This document shows positions 6,756-15,414 of a stretch of DNA of 64,000 nucleotides, piece by piece. Source of the stretch: a virus. Its lineage: Duplodnaviria; Caudoviricetes. Under the pieces are notes generated by a model. It ran no database searches. It worked only from the letters and a program-made list of their open reading frames with translations, and was not told the DNA's origin. Position 1 is the stretch's first letter, and every line of letters begins with the position of its first letter. Position numbers and translations under genes: made by a program. The stretch lies in the IMG/VR virus record IMGVR_UViG_3300025018_000093; one strand, 5' to 3'.

Positions 6756-7274
6756 ATGCACCATAGTGACCTTGCCCTTACCTTTGTGGATAGCTGTTGC
6801 TACGCCGCAGAGGGCCTTCAGATGCCCGCCAAGGAACTTTGGGATGCCTACAAGGAGTGGAGCGAGGGGAGTAACCTGCGCCTCCTGAAGCGCAAGGATT
6901 TGCTTTCCCGCCTAGAGGTTTACTTCCAGGTCCTTCCAGGCCCCCCTTTGCGAGTCCAGGGTCTCCACCTCAAGGATGTGGATGACTGGGAGTGGTTTAA
7001 CCCCAGTGACCTTCGCAAGGTGTACTTGATCTCGGATGGACGAAGGACGAAGATAGGAATCAGCGTAGACCCACCAACCCGATTGGAGATGCTGCAGGTT
7101 GGTTCCGCAGAACCCCTGACGCTTCTGCATTGTTGGCCTGGGTCTTACGAGCAGGAGGGGGAGATCCAGAAACGCTACCGGCACAAGTATGTGCGGGGAG
7201 AGTGGTTTGATCTGGATGCTTCTGAAATTGAGATGATTGTTCGGTTGTCTCAGTGTCTTGACTATACCCTTTGA
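6756..7274 (+). CDS. Winged-helix (primase C-terminal-like) plus GIY-YIG T5orf172/MUG113-type nuclease
   Basis: C-terminal 'VYLISDGRRTKIGISVDPPTRLEMLQVG...EGEIQKRYRHKYVRGEWFDL' is T5orf172-like. N-terminal 'FVDSCC...AKELWDAYKEWS...GLHLK' resembles D5/primase C-terminal wHTH. GGAGGAG lies 6 nt before ATG 6756. Confidence 0.75.
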   Translation: MHHSDLALTFVDSCCYAAEGLQMPAKELWDAYKEWSEGSNLRLLKRKDLLSRLEVYFQVLPGPPLRVQGLHLKDVDDWEWFNPSDLRKVYLISDGRRTKIGISVDPPTRLEMLQVGSAEPLTLLHCWPGSYEQEGEIQKRYRHKYVRGEWFDLDASEIEMIVRLSQCLDYTL

Positions 7275-7313
7275 TAGGGAGCGTCGAGGTTGCTTGTGCG
7301 CTGTAGCTCGGTG

Positions 7314-7327
7314 TCCTGTCTATAGTC
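7314..7327 (+). promoter_or_regulatory. Recurrent intergenic motif, copy 2, upstream of the tail tube gene
   Basis: TCCTGTCTATAGTC matches TCCCTTCTATAGTC (39154-39167) at 12/14 positions. Confidence 0.45.
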
Positions 7328-7395
7328 GAGTGTAGAGTAGGGGATCATTCTCCGAGGGCCACCGCGCCGAGACTACGTAGAAAATGGGGTAGGTC

Positions 7396-8163
7396 ATGAA
7401 CACAGATAAGAATCCCTCCAATGGTGTACAGGGTAGCAGCTACCTGTATGACTTTGGTACGTCACCCAACACCAGGGTTGCCGTCTCCCAGAAGGTGCGG
7501 CTAAAGGCCCCCGTGTTTGGTGCCACGGAAACCAAACATCAGATGGGTGTTGTCAGTAGCTTCGCTCCCAGCCAGTCTCGTACCGTTGATGCGGTTCGCG
7601 GCATCGGGTTTGGAGACCAAATCGCTGAGCTGGTTCCCGGTGTTACCGATCCGGAAACAGGGTCCTTCGAGAGAGCCCTCCTGTATCTGAACAACTTGTG
7701 GCAGTCGACGGGTTACGCTGGTGGTGTGGACGGCCCTGTGCGGTCGCTCCGGCATCATCGCTGGCCGTTTGACATCGAGCAACAGCTTGTTTTCTCCACA
7801 CTGGTGGATGGGGACCTCGGGGTGCCGAACGTGGGGTCTTCACCCGGTGTTGGAACTTTCTCAGGTGGCCAGAAGATCGTTGTGGAGCAGCCGCAGGCCA
7901 CGCAGGACCTACATACGCCGAAGGGGGCACAGTTCGGGAGTAGTGCTGGGCACTCCGCTTTGATCACCATGTACGAAGCCTGCTGGTTCACCTCCTGGGG
8001 TGCCACGTTCTCCCAAGACTCCGGTATGATCATGGAGTCGGGTGACGTGACGATCAGTGACGTCCACGACTTCAGTTCCGTGTATGGGGAGTTTCTCTCG
8101 ACAGGGAATGACCCCACAGTTGGCCAGCTCGGTTCTATTCGTTACTCGGGCCAGGTCCGCTAA
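7396..8163 (+). CDS. Tail tube protein
   Basis: 'MGVVSSFAPSQSRTVDAVRGIGFGDQIAELVPG...ERALLY...YEACWFTSWGATFSQDSGMIMESGDVT' is a myophage tube-type pattern. It sits between sheath and chaperones/TMP. Confidence 0.75.
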   Translation: MNTDKNPSNGVQGSSYLYDFGTSPNTRVAVSQKVRLKAPVFGATETKHQMGVVSSFAPSQSRTVDAVRGIGFGDQIAELVPGVTDPETGSFERALLYLNNLWQSTGYAGGVDGPVRSLRHHRWPFDIEQQLVFSTLVDGDLGVPNVGSSPGVGTFSGGQKIVVEQPQATQDLHTPKGAQFGSSAGHSALITMYEACWFTSWGATFSQDSGMIMESGDVTISDVHDFSSVYGEFLSTGNDPTVGQLGSIRYSGQVR

Positions 8164-8172
8164 CGGTGCTGC

Positions 8173-8243
8173 CCAGTTTGAGAGGAGAGCTTCGGTCTCT
8201 CCTTTGTCCAGTCTGAGAGGAGAGACTCCGTCTCTCTTTGACC
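8173..8243 (+). terminator. Two tandem, mutually similar hairpins after the tube gene
   Basis: CCAGTTTGAGAGGAGAGCTTCGGTCTCTCCTTTGTCC (C-UUCG-G loop) and CCAGTCTGAGAGGAGAGACTCCGTCTCTCTTTGACC. Both have short T tails. Confidence 0.5.
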
Positions 8244-8467
8244 CCTTTTACTAGGGGCAGGCTTGGTGAAGATGCGATACAGATGCAGCACAGATGAGAA
8301 ACAACGCTACCCGTGCAATCTCCCTGCCTCTCGGGCAGTATGATGAGCAAAGCGCAAGAAATCAAATGAGCCGGAGCAGCCGCAAAGCTCCTTCCTGAGG
8401 GGTGGATCGCTACATCTAGGTCTACATTTTCCAAAGCCTGTCCCTCCGTTATCTTGTCGGAGGACAC

Positions 8468-9631
8468 ATGATCGACCTCAAGGCTCTACAGCAGGCATTC
8501 GAATCTATCCAGAGGATTGGAAAGTACGAAGAGACATTCCTAGTTCGTGATATCCCTGTCACTGTCCGGGCTTTGGGTGACAAGGAACAGATTGCGATTT
8601 GGAAGTACGCAAGCGTAGCTCTGGAAGAGAGCGAGGATGCGGCGACCCAGCAGGAGTGGATGCACCGTATGAAGGTGGCCACCTTGTCGCATGCGATTGT
8701 CCAGATCGGAGACGTGGACCTGCGTTCCGAGTTTGTGAGTACTGGCGAGTCTTTGGACAATGGAACACCAATCCAACGAGAGAAGGTTGAAGTGGTTCGC
8801 CAACTTCTTGCCGATTGGGGTTCTGCGATTTTGCTACGGATGTTTTCCCGGTATGGGCAATTTGTAGCCCGCATGGAGTTGCGAGCGGAGGCGGCTATTG
8901 TGTCTGATCCTGTGGACTTTGATGCAGAGATCAAACGTCTCTCCACAAGGATACAGGAGCTGGAAGATCGCCGTGACAAGGAAAAGTCGGATCTTGTGGA
9001 CCCTCTGGGAAAGAAGATTCGGGATAGTCTGCAACTTGGGCAAGGTATCAGCCTAGACCGCAGGGACATGGCGGAAAGGGTCCAAGAGAGGGTTCCCGAG
9101 AGAGTCCAAGAGAGGGTTCCCGAGAGAGTCCAAGAGAGGGCTCCCGAAAGGGTCCAAGAGAGGGCTCCCGAAAGGGTCCAAGAGAGGGCTCCGGAGATGA
9201 ACTTTGCCACTCCTTCTGAGACGTACACCCAGTTGGAAGGCATTGATCCCGATTCCTCCTTCATTGATCCTGCAGACCCTTTGGTTTTACAGCAGATGCA
9301 AGCACAGCAGTCTCACCTGTTGGCACTCAAGCAGGCGCAGCTGGAGCGGCATCGCCAGGCAGTACAAGCGCAAGAGAACATCCGAAAAGAGGAGGTTGCT
9401 TCCGTACCTGTGCGGACGGGGAGGACCCCACCCCATCTGCAAGCTGCAAAGACGCAGGCACAGATTGTGGGTACGTTGCAGGAGGGAGGGGCAGACGTCC
9501 CTGTGTATCGACTTCCCTCCGAGACCATTTCCAGTCGGGGCACTGCACCTGTTGTCTCCTCGAACCCGGTTGTGAATGCGCCTAACGAGTCCAAGATCAC
9601 GAATCCCAAGTTTCAACCTCCCCGGAGGTAG
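8468..9631 (+). CDS. Putative tail assembly chaperone with low-complexity C-terminal half
   Basis: Lies between tube and TMP. N-terminal 'VTVRAL...MKVATLSHAIVQIGDVDL' resembles myophage chaperones. GGAGG SD. Confidence 0.6.
   Translation: MIDLKALQQAFESIQRIGKYEETFLVRDIPVTVRALGDKEQIAIWKYASVALEESEDAATQQEWMHRMKVATLSHAIVQIGDVDLRSEFVSTGESLDNGTPIQREKVEVVRQLLADWGSAILLRMFSRYGQFVARMELRAEAAIVSDPVDFDAEIKRLSTRIQELEDRRDKEKSDLVDPLGKKIRDSLQLGQGISLDRRDMAERVQERVPERVQERVPERVQERAPERVQERAPERVQERAPEMNFATPSETYTQLEGIDPDSSFIDPADPLVLQQMQAQQSHLLALKQAQLERHRQAVQAQENIRKEEVASVPVRTGRTPPHLQAAKTQAQIVGTLQEGGADVPVYRLPSETISSRGTAPVVSSNPVVNAPNESKITNPKFQPPRR
9074..9193 (+). repeat. 24-bp tandem repeat x5 encoding ERVQER(V/A)P
   Basis: Units start at 9074, 9098, 9122, 9146 and 9170. 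Confidence 0.95.
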
Positions 9632-9634
9632 TAG

Positions 9635-10876
9635 GTGAGTACGAACACCGCAAGTGAGAAGTTGCAACTCCCGCCTACGACTTGGGAGCAAAGAAAACCT
9701 TTCTATGCGGGGATTGAGGATCTCCTGAATCCTGGGTTTTTCACACATGCCGTGACGGTGGGCGGTGTTTCTCTCTCTCTTCGCTCCCCTTCTCCGGGAG
9801 ACTTGTTCCTCCTCAGAAATCGAGTGGGGAGGCATCCAACCGAAGAGGATTGGATGCTTTGGTCGTTGTCCACATGCACTTGGATGTTGGATGGTGCGCT
9901 GTTACTGGAGGACGTCAATTTTCCGGTGCAGCTGATACGCCTGTATCGAAGCTTACCCCTGTCCGCACGAAAAGTTCTCTACAGCACGTTGCTCGCTCTG
10001 TTTGACAAGATGGAGAGGGTTTCGCATGGGGTGTTTTCCTTTTTCCTAGAGGAGCGGAGTCGCCATCTTTGGGTCCAGTTAGGCGGGGAGAACCCTACCT
10101 CTGAGAAGGTAACGGGGGTTCCAGGCACGAGTCATCTTGGCATGAATCTGGTGCAAAGAATGTGGGTTGCTTTCAACCAAATCGAAGATCGTCGTATCGC
10201 AGATGCGAACTTAGGGCAGTGGTCCAAGTTTGTGGCTTCTGCTAGCAACCCCAAGGGGGTGAAGCAGGTAACGTCCCAAGAGAAAATGCATCTGGAAGAG
10301 GAACGTGTCCGAAGGCAGGAAGAAAGAGATACCTTCTATTATATGTGCATTGGAGTGCTGCGGAATGATGATACCTTCATGGATGGCAGTGCTCTTCAGA
10401 AGAAGTCGAAGTCGGCTCAGGACCTTCAGAAAGAGTTCCAACAGTGGGTGACTGGGGAGAAGGACGTGCACGACACCATTGTGGACAACTACAAGCGAAG
10501 TTTGATGGAAAGGTATGTGGCCGAACAGCAGAGACTTGCGGAACGGGCACACTTGGATACGTCAGACGTGTACCACCAGGAAGAGGAAGTGGCACAGACG
10601 CCTCTCACGGGATACTCTGCCGAGATGCTTGCGGAGTTGATGCAGGAGAGAGGTCAGAGTGTCGCGGTGCGTCGCGTGTACGATGGCAAGAAAGAAGCAG
10701 CGCGCGCATATGTGTTTGATGCTTTCCTGAACAAACCCGAGATGCCACCCCCTCCTGGGGGCTTTGTGGTAAGAGACGGGAAAATAGTCACACCCGAAAG
10801 TTCTGTCTCGCTGGATGAGAAAATACGGAACCGAGACTTGCGTTATGGTCTCGACCCCTCCTCGTCGGAGTCCTAG
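9635..10876 (+). CDS. Second putative tail assembly chaperone / pre-TMP protein
   Basis: GTG start with GGAGG 6 nt upstream. In frame with the previous gene after TAG-TAG. Directly precedes the TMP. Confidence 0.6.
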   Translation: MSTNTASEKLQLPPTTWEQRKPFYAGIEDLLNPGFFTHAVTVGGVSLSLRSPSPGDLFLLRNRVGRHPTEEDWMLWSLSTCTWMLDGALLLEDVNFPVQLIRLYRSLPLSARKVLYSTLLALFDKMERVSHGVFSFFLEERSRHLWVQLGGENPTSEKVTGVPGTSHLGMNLVQRMWVAFNQIEDRRIADANLGQWSKFVASASNPKGVKQVTSQEKMHLEEERVRRQEERDTFYYMCIGVLRNDDTFMDGSALQKKSKSAQDLQKEFQQWVTGEKDVHDTIVDNYKRSLMERYVAEQQRLAERAHLDTSDVYHQEEEVAQTPLTGYSAEMLAELMQERGQSVAVRRVYDGKKEAARAYVFDAFLNKPEMPPPPGGFVVRDGKIVTPESSVSLDEKIRNRDLRYGLDPSSSES

Positions 10877-10878
10877 TC

Positions 10879-13800
10879 ATGGAAGATGTTGTTCGCCTAG
10901 TTCTGAATGCCGAGGTGGAAGGTCTTGCTGGGATCACGAGGAAACTTCAAGCGGCAGCCCAGGGCTTCTCGCTTGACTTCTCGGAAGTGATCAAGGACAT
11001 CTCCTTGATGTCCAAAAAGGTCCTTACGGGAGCCCTCAAGGATGGGTCCCGTAAGGCTATGCGGTTCATGCGGAGCAACATCTACCAATCCAGTGTAGAG
11101 GGTGTCGGCAGTGCAATGGAGAAGGGGACGGGGATCCTCACCAAGGGCTTGCAGGATGCCAAAGGTTCTTTCCAGGGGCTTGTCTCTGGCATCTTCAAGG
11201 GAGTTGGGGAGTCAGGGGAGAAGTATGGGCAGAAACTTGACAAGTACGGGAAGAAGTTACTAGCCACACAAAAAAAAGGGATTGTTGGCGGTGGTGTTAA
11301 AGCACTTGGTGTCACCGTTCGCATTCTGGGTTCCATCGCAGGGACCCTAGGTGTTGTTGTTTCCTCCTTTAGCGCCCTAATCGGAATGATTATGGACGCG
11401 GAAGCACAGGTAAAGGAGATGAACTCTGCCATTGTTTCCGGGGGGATCGCCGGGGGGGATCTTGCCTCTCAGTTGTGGGAGGTTGGTGCTGCGATGGATG
11501 TGATTCGAGAGTCCGCTGTGGACATCGAAAACAACTGGAAGTGGGGGACTTTGGCCAAGGACCAGATTGAGATTCTGGGGGCGTTCAACGAGGCTGGCTT
11601 TACCCTGAGGGACATGACCAAGGATGTCACCGATGCCAGTACAGCCATACGGGATTATCAGGACGTCACACGGGTGGCTCTGACCTATGCGAAGTTGTTG
11701 GGCATGACTGCTCAGGAGATGGCTACGCAGCAGGCGGAGTACATGGAGAGTCTTGGGGGTAGCCTCCAGTTTGTGGAGCAACAATTCGCGGCCGTGTATA
11801 AGTCGGCACAACTTTCTGGGTTTGGCGTCAAGCGTTTCTACAGCATGGTGCAGCAGGCGACTTCTGGCATGGCCATGTACAATGTTCGTCTGGACGAGGC
11901 AGCGGGGCTTCTAGTTCGACTGGGTCAAATCCTGGGATCCCGTGTAGCGGGAGACTTCCTGCAAGAGCTAAGCAAGGGGTTCGTGGACGAGTCCATGACA
12001 GACCGTTTCAAGCGTGTGATGACTACTGGCTCAGGCACGATGAAGACGATCTTCGAGAACACAGCGGATGACGTGGCTTTCGCCTTCCACAACAAGTTGA
12101 AGGCTCTTCCAGATGGGATCGGAAAGGATGTGGAAGCGATCCTGAAAGAGGCGAATCTCAATATCGACTTCAGCACAGAAGAGGGGCGAAAGGAGCTGGT
12201 AGGTCAGCTGGCGAAGATGGACCCTGATGCGGCGACAAAGCTACTAGCACAGATTCGCATGGTAGATGAGGGCACGGCCCGTGAGATGTCTAAGCTGATT
12301 GACGTTTCGGAAGGCACGACTGGAAATCTGGGCGACATGGCTAAGGCAATGGGTAGCCTGGACATGGGTGGTACGTTGGCTGCAAAACTTGCTTCCGCCA
12401 ACGCGATCATTGGAAAGCCACTGCACAAGATGAGTGCCATGCAATTGGCTGCTTTTGAGAACATCACGGGAATCAGTGGTGAGCAGAGAGAGATTCTAAT
12501 GGAGGTTTCCAGAGGACTCACGGGTAACTACCAAGTGCTTGAGGATTCTAAGAAGAGCGTGGAAGAGTTGAATGCTAAGACAGACGCGGAATCCCAAAAG
12601 AAGTTGGAAGCGTTGCAGGTAGCACAGTTGAAGGCAACGGGTGCTTTTGTGCGGGTTGAGGCTGGTGTAACCGAGATTGCCACAGCTGTCTTGGATGAGT
12701 CAGACCATATCGTGGGGGGCACCGAGAAGGCCATTGACAACATGGGAGAATACATCCAAAGCCAGGGTGATTCCATTGCTGCAGTGACCGAGAAGGCTAT
12801 GGATAAGAATACTGCTCTCGCACAGGCGGTGGCGCGCAACACCACTTCTATGGCTACCATTCTGGAGATAGGGGTTCATCAGGCTTTGGAGAAAATCTAC
12901 GGTGTCGTTGTGGCTCTTTCCTCTTTCTTCATGGGAAAGGGGGAGGATGCTGTGACTCCCAAGGAGCGGAAAAAGGAAATCAAGGACGCGCAGAACTTGG
13001 AGCGGAAGTTCAACTCCGAACGTGGGAAAGTCGAACAGGAGCTTGCTCAGAAGAAAATCGACTTGGATGAGGCTACTGGAGAGAAAAAGCAGGAACTAGA
13101 AAAGGAAGTGGCGGATCTCCAGGCAAAATCTGCGAACCTTGGTGTTAAGGCTGGCATGCAGAGGCTGAAGCAGGTGGAGCTGAGCGGTGCGACTTCCCGT
13201 GGAGAGTTTGACCAGGCTAAGGCGGGGACTCTGGAGCAATTCCTTGCCGGAGTGGCTGAGGTGAAGGGGGAGGAGGAAGCACAGAAGTATCGCGATAGAA
13301 TGAGTGCGGAGGTAGATCGTAGAGGGGGTGCTGCGGCGGGAGTTGAAAAGGCCCTTATGGATGAGGTATCTTCCAAATTGAATGCAAGTTTGGAGTCCAC
13401 GCAAGACTTGGGGAGTATCGTTGAGGGTGCACTAACGGGGAAAGCCGTGACTGCTGCCGCTGCTGAGGCGAAGCCTGTTGCTGCAGAAAGAGGTTACTTC
13501 GACAAGCTTGAAACTGTCATCCTGGGGTGGGTACCTTTTCGGAACACGACGGCTGAGGATACCGAGGAAGCTCAGGAGAAGCAACTGAAGGCACTGCGCC
13601 TCTTCGAGAGCTCTTTCCGAGAAGTTGGCAATATCTTTTTTAGGCAAGGTGACGCGCAAAAGTTAGCCAAGGATACTGCGAGTGGTGGATGGGATTCGTC
13701 CTTTGGTGGACCCGACGCCGAGGTCCTCAAGGAGCTTTCGCCAGAGGAGACCATCGCGCAATTCAAGGAGTACCTTCAGAAGATGAACCCAGGTGGCAAT

Positions 13801-14631
13801 GTTGACTACGCTGAGATGGCGGCGGACTTGGGCACCACAGAAGAGAAACTTCTTATTTCGCTGGCAAACCAGGGGCAAGCGCAGTTTGCATCCGTGTATC
13901 AGGATGGAAATGGAAGTTTGGTCGTCGCTGAGGAGAAAACGCAGGAGCTTCTCCAGACGAAGTTGGACGACTTGATTGTTGCCGCGAATGATGCCCGAAT
14001 AGCCGATGGCAAAGCGGGAAAGCTTGAACTCTCAGAAGAATGGAAGCAGAAGAAGAAGCAGGCGGTAGATATCGCAAAAGAGCTGAATCGGATGGAAGAG
14101 AAGCAGGCGGTCTACAAGCGTCTAGCCGAAATGGGGTATGATGAGGGTGAGATTCCTGCCGGTGTGATGGATGCAATTGACAAAGCTTTCAGCGAAGGAT
14201 CCTACGGTTCCTACGGTGCACAACGTAGCCTTGCACGAAAGGGTCTTCTCTCGGATAAAGGGACAGCCCTGGTCTTGGGAAAGCCGGAGGCAAAGGACTT
14301 CGTTTTCCGTCCTGGGCAAGACCCGCTTCTTTTCAGCCCCAACGATACGCTTGTAGGGATGAAGACAGGCGGTCCGATTGAGAAAGCACTTCTAGGGAAA
14401 TTGGAAGGGCGCATGTCGAAAGCCAACGACTTTCTGTCAAGCCCTGGGAAAGATCCTCTTCTCTTCAAGTCTGGGGGTACACTCCCGGAAGCGAAGAAGA
14501 GTGTGGAGCCAAAAGTTCCAGGTTCCGAGGCGGCTCCCCAAAAGCGAGGGGTGACGATCAACATCTATGGGTCGCAGGCCGAGGTCTACAAGACGGTCAA
14601 GCGAGTTCTCTCTGAAACAGGTACCCTCTGA
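10879..14631 (+). CDS. Tape measure protein
   Basis: 1250 aa, A/G/K/E-rich and apparently helical. Follows the chaperones and precedes the baseplate genes. Confidence 0.8.
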   Translation: MEDVVRLVLNAEVEGLAGITRKLQAAAQGFSLDFSEVIKDISLMSKKVLTGALKDGSRKAMRFMRSNIYQSSVEGVGSAMEKGTGILTKGLQDAKGSFQGLVSGIFKGVGESGEKYGQKLDKYGKKLLATQKKGIVGGGVKALGVTVRILGSIAGTLGVVVSSFSALIGMIMDAEAQVKEMNSAIVSGGIAGGDLASQLWEVGAAMDVIRESAVDIENNWKWGTLAKDQIEILGAFNEAGFTLRDMTKDVTDASTAIRDYQDVTRVALTYAKLLGMTAQEMATQQAEYMESLGGSLQFVEQQFAAVYKSAQLSGFGVKRFYSMVQQATSGMAMYNVRLDEAAGLLVRLGQILGSRVAGDFLQELSKGFVDESMTDRFKRVMTTGSGTMKTIFENTADDVAFAFHNKLKALPDGIGKDVEAILKEANLNIDFSTEEGRKELVGQLAKMDPDAATKLLAQIRMVDEGTAREMSKLIDVSEGTTGNLGDMAKAMGSLDMGGTLAAKLASANAIIGKPLHKMSAMQLAAFENITGISGEQREILMEVSRGLTGNYQVLEDSKKSVEELNAKTDAESQKKLEALQVAQLKATGAFVRVEAGVTEIATAVLDESDHIVGGTEKAIDNMGEYIQSQGDSIAAVTEKAMDKNTALAQAVARNTTSMATILEIGVHQALEKIYGVVVALSSFFMGKGEDAVTPKERKKEIKDAQNLERKFNSERGKVEQELAQKKIDLDEATGEKKQELEKEVADLQAKSANLGVKAGMQRLKQVELSGATSRGEFDQAKAGTLEQFLAGVAEVKGEEEAQKYRDRMSAEVDRRGGAAAGVEKALMDEVSSKLNASLESTQDLGSIVEGALTGKAVTAAAAEAKPVAAERGYFDKLETVILGWVPFRNTTAEDTEEAQEKQLKALRLFESSFREVGNIFFRQGDAQKLAKDTASGGWDSSFGGPDAEVLKELSPEETIAQFKEYLQKMNPGGNVDYAEMAADLGTTEEKLLISLANQGQAQFASVYQDGNGSLVVAEEKTQELLQTKLDDLIVAANDARIADGKAGKLELSEEWKQKKKQAVDIAKELNRMEEKQAVYKRLAEMGYDEGEIPAGVMDAIDKAFSEGSYGSYGAQRSLARKGLLSDKGTALVLGKPEAKDFVFRPGQDPLLFSPNDTLVGMKTGGPIEKALLGKLEGRMSKANDFLSSPGKDPLLFKSGGTLPEAKKSVEPKVPGSEAAPQKRGVTINIYGSQAEVYKTVKRVLSETGTL

Positions 14632-15413
14632 TGCCTTCTGCAACCTTCAAGGGAGCGTTCCACAACGCGCAGGCGGGGGAGATGGGGCGAGGCGTACGCC
14701 CGGTCGTCTTTGACATCCTGGCCCCGGACTATGAGACTAGTTTACTCCCCGATGACCTCAAGATGGTCCTGCATGTCAATCCTAACTCAATGAAGTTCAG
14801 CTACGCCAAGGTGATTGAGAGGATTCAGACCAAGGGTGGCTACGTGGAACAGCACTTTGGAGATGGAGCCGAGAGCATTGCTTTCGAAGCCTCTTCCGGT
14901 GCCTTCATGCGCCTCTACACGGGTCTGGTCAGCATTACGGGTGGGCCGCATAGCTTGAATGTTGGGGGGACTCGCAGGGAGACCATTGCCTACGACACCT
15001 ACTTGGACCTCCTGGCGTTGTTCCATAGCAACGGTGCTATCTACGACAATCGAGGGAGCATCGTTTTCCAGGGCATTATCAAGATCAGCTTTGATGGGGA
15101 CTATTGGCTTGGGTGGTTCAACTCCTTTTCGGTGAGCGAGGAAGCGGAGCAGCCCTACCAGTTCATGCTGAATGCCGACTTCACCATCGCCAAAGAGTTC
15201 ATGGGTCTCCGCACAGTGATACAACAAACAGCTGGGATCACTCCACTCGGAGGTGAGAACCCTCTGGCTCAGGACTTGTATCAGAAGAGGGAGGACGAGG
15301 CTGTGGAGACGTCCTTGAAACTGTCTCCCCGGGGGGAGCTACTGCGAGACACCACCACAGCCCCCTTGGTGGAGTCGACACAAGCTTCTCTGGGGTGGCT
15401 GAAGGAAGAGTAG
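14631..15413 (+). CDS. Tube-initiator / baseplate-proximal tube-like protein (T4 gp48/54-like)
   Basis: 'LHVNPNSMKFSYAKVIERIQTKGGYVEQHFGDGAESIAFEASSG' pattern. Coupled to the TMP by TGATG. Confidence 0.6.
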   Translation: MPSATFKGAFHNAQAGEMGRGVRPVVFDILAPDYETSLLPDDLKMVLHVNPNSMKFSYAKVIERIQTKGGYVEQHFGDGAESIAFEASSGAFMRLYTGLVSITGGPHSLNVGGTRRETIAYDTYLDLLALFHSNGAIYDNRGSIVFQGIIKISFDGDYWLGWFNSFSVSEEAEQPYQFMLNADFTIAKEFMGLRTVIQQTAGITPLGGENPLAQDLYQKREDEAVETSLKLSPRGELLRDTTTAPLVESTQASLGWLKEE

Positions 15414-15414
15414 C

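Noticed and set aside
9074-9193. Tandem 24-bp units as a CRISPR array
   Set aside because: There are no spacers, the units are contiguous and in-frame coding, and no cas genes are present.
8449-9264. Minus-strand ORF with SGALSWTL repeats
   Set aside because: Mirror image of the ERVQERAP tandem repeat on the + strand.
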